From the NCBI GenBank assembly GCA_038087875.1, contig CM075987.1, positions 19,656,001 through 19,720,000 of the forward strand: a stretch of 64,000 bases of DNA, in the 5' to 3' direction. Under the pieces are notes generated by a model. The model was not told the DNA's origin. It did no database searches and saw only the letters and a list, made by a program, of their open reading frames with translations. The DNA is from Malacoraja senta. Taxonomy: Eukaryota. Both the position numbers and the translations under genes were made by a program. This document shows positions 62,491 to 64,000 of the stretch, in pieces (position 1 is the first letter of the stretch; each line of letters starts with the position of its first letter).

Positions 62491-64000
62491 TTGGTTAATA
62501 AATTCTTACATACTGTACATCAAGGGAAGGAGACGGAGAGATCTGTAAATGAACAGTGATAACCAGTGTGGAAGAACTATCTGTAATTCCATGTAAAGCT
62601 TCTACCCTGCTCACTGAATTACATTTGCGCATTGATAACGTTTTGCTTATCATGTCATTAATTTAAGCTCAGATTCTGTCAGGGCCTTTTTTCATATATA
62701 CAGACGGCAGTAGTTATTTGGAGGAGATCCTTTGATATGTTTCCTTTGACTTAACCAAATCTTTGCTGAACCATTCGATCAGTTTAGTCAACATCCCGGG
62801 AAATAAAAGGAAATAAAAGTTTACATTTCCTCAGTAATCATCCAGGTCAAAATGATGAAGAGCCAAACGCCAAAGTTTCAACTTGACATTTGACAATATA
62901 ATATTTGGATTTCAATCATATCCTGGTTGATTAAATGGTAGAAAGAGTCTTTTACTCCTTTGAATCTGTTGATCATGACAGATCTGTATCGTTACTCCAG
63001 TTCGCCAACTATTTCCCTCTGCCTTTTAACCATGTTGTCTTAAAATTAATAATCCTGTGAACATTCACAACAGTTTATAAGGATCATTCAGCCTGGAATG
63101 CTGACTACACTACTGTTAGAACATGCAATTTATTTTCAATTTATGTTTTTTTTCCCCAAAATGTTCAGCAACAAGATTCAGTGCACATATTTCAGCACAA
63201 GTTCAACGCAGGTGAAGATGGAAACTCAGTACAATGTAATGTCCCTTTAAACTTTTACTCTGGGGAGGGGGGGAATGGATTGTTGCCAATTTTCTGCTCT
63301 TAACCACCATCAACAATCATCAGCTTAGAATACTGAGCGACTTGAGGCCCCAGCTGTCAACAAGGGGAAAGGCATTGGCTGAATGAAACCATTTAATGAT
63401 ATGTTGTGTTTCTAAATTAGTGCATTTTTGAACCACAGGGGATAAGTTTAATTCCAGATGAGTGATGTTTGGCAAACACAACGAGGCCACAGTAAGTAGG
63501 AGGTGAAGAATCTACTTGGCAGCAAGGACTGGTCAGATTGTGGGGACTTCATGTAGCTTTCCTGCTTCTAGCTGCGCACTTGCCCACTGCCCTGAAGAGC
63601 ATTTGAACACAAGTGGCCAGGTTAAGGGTCAGAGGCCTGACCTTTCAGCAAAGAAGCCCCAGTTCTCCTCACCTGGCAATCAGTTAATTGAATCGCAATT
63701 TCTTTCTCTTTGTTTTCAAATGGCTGCATTGTTGCGAGTTTGGGACCAGGAAGAAGGTCCCGGGAGAACTGAGGCACCCAGGGGAAACCATGTGGTCACA
63801 GGGAGAATGAGGGCCAGGATAAACTTAGATCTCTGGAGCTGTGAGGCAGCATTTCTACCCGCAGTACCACTGTGCTATTTTAAACTTTAAAGCAGTTTTA
63901 TAACCAATTTCAGAACAGAAGCTAACATTGGAAATACTCATAGATGAATCTCTACACTATTTTAAAAGAGATATGAATCACCAGATTCTTTTATACACTG

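Noticed and set aside
1..64000. CRISPR array, operon or prokaryotic defence system
   Set aside because: No repeat-spacer periodicity or dense coding; the content is vertebrate transposon-derived.

Overview
Repeat-dominated, gene-poor vertebrate genomic DNA. The repeat set (CR1, Rex/Babar, Penelope-like, DeuSINE-like, tRNA-SINE) suggests a cartilaginous fish such as a skate or ray; this is inference. I recognise no host protein-coding gene. Main structures: (1) a full-length 6.2-kb L1 LINE (34187-40405, minus, 13-bp TSD) inserted in a decayed hAT Buster/Charlie-type transposon (33015-41933, 15-bp TIRs, 8-bp TSD), which itself sits in a CR1 fragment; (2) an 8,658-bp apparently identical direct duplication flanking a 200-N gap (6803-15460 = 15661-24318), most likely an assembly artefact; (3) many Penelope-like GIY-YIG fragments carrying minimal hammerhead ribozyme motifs; (4) two Harbinger-type MITEs and a 1.07-kb non-autonomous hAT. 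The most novel signal is two short, sequence-divergent minus-strand retroposons (2808-2949 and about 59150-59346). Each begins exactly with a 52-54-nt HDV/CPEB3-like double-pseudoknot ribozyme fold, followed by a stem-loop body and an AAG-rich tail, with compensatory changes between the two. They look like ribozyme-headed SINEs. All calls were made by eye, with no database searches; boundaries of decayed repeats are approximate.
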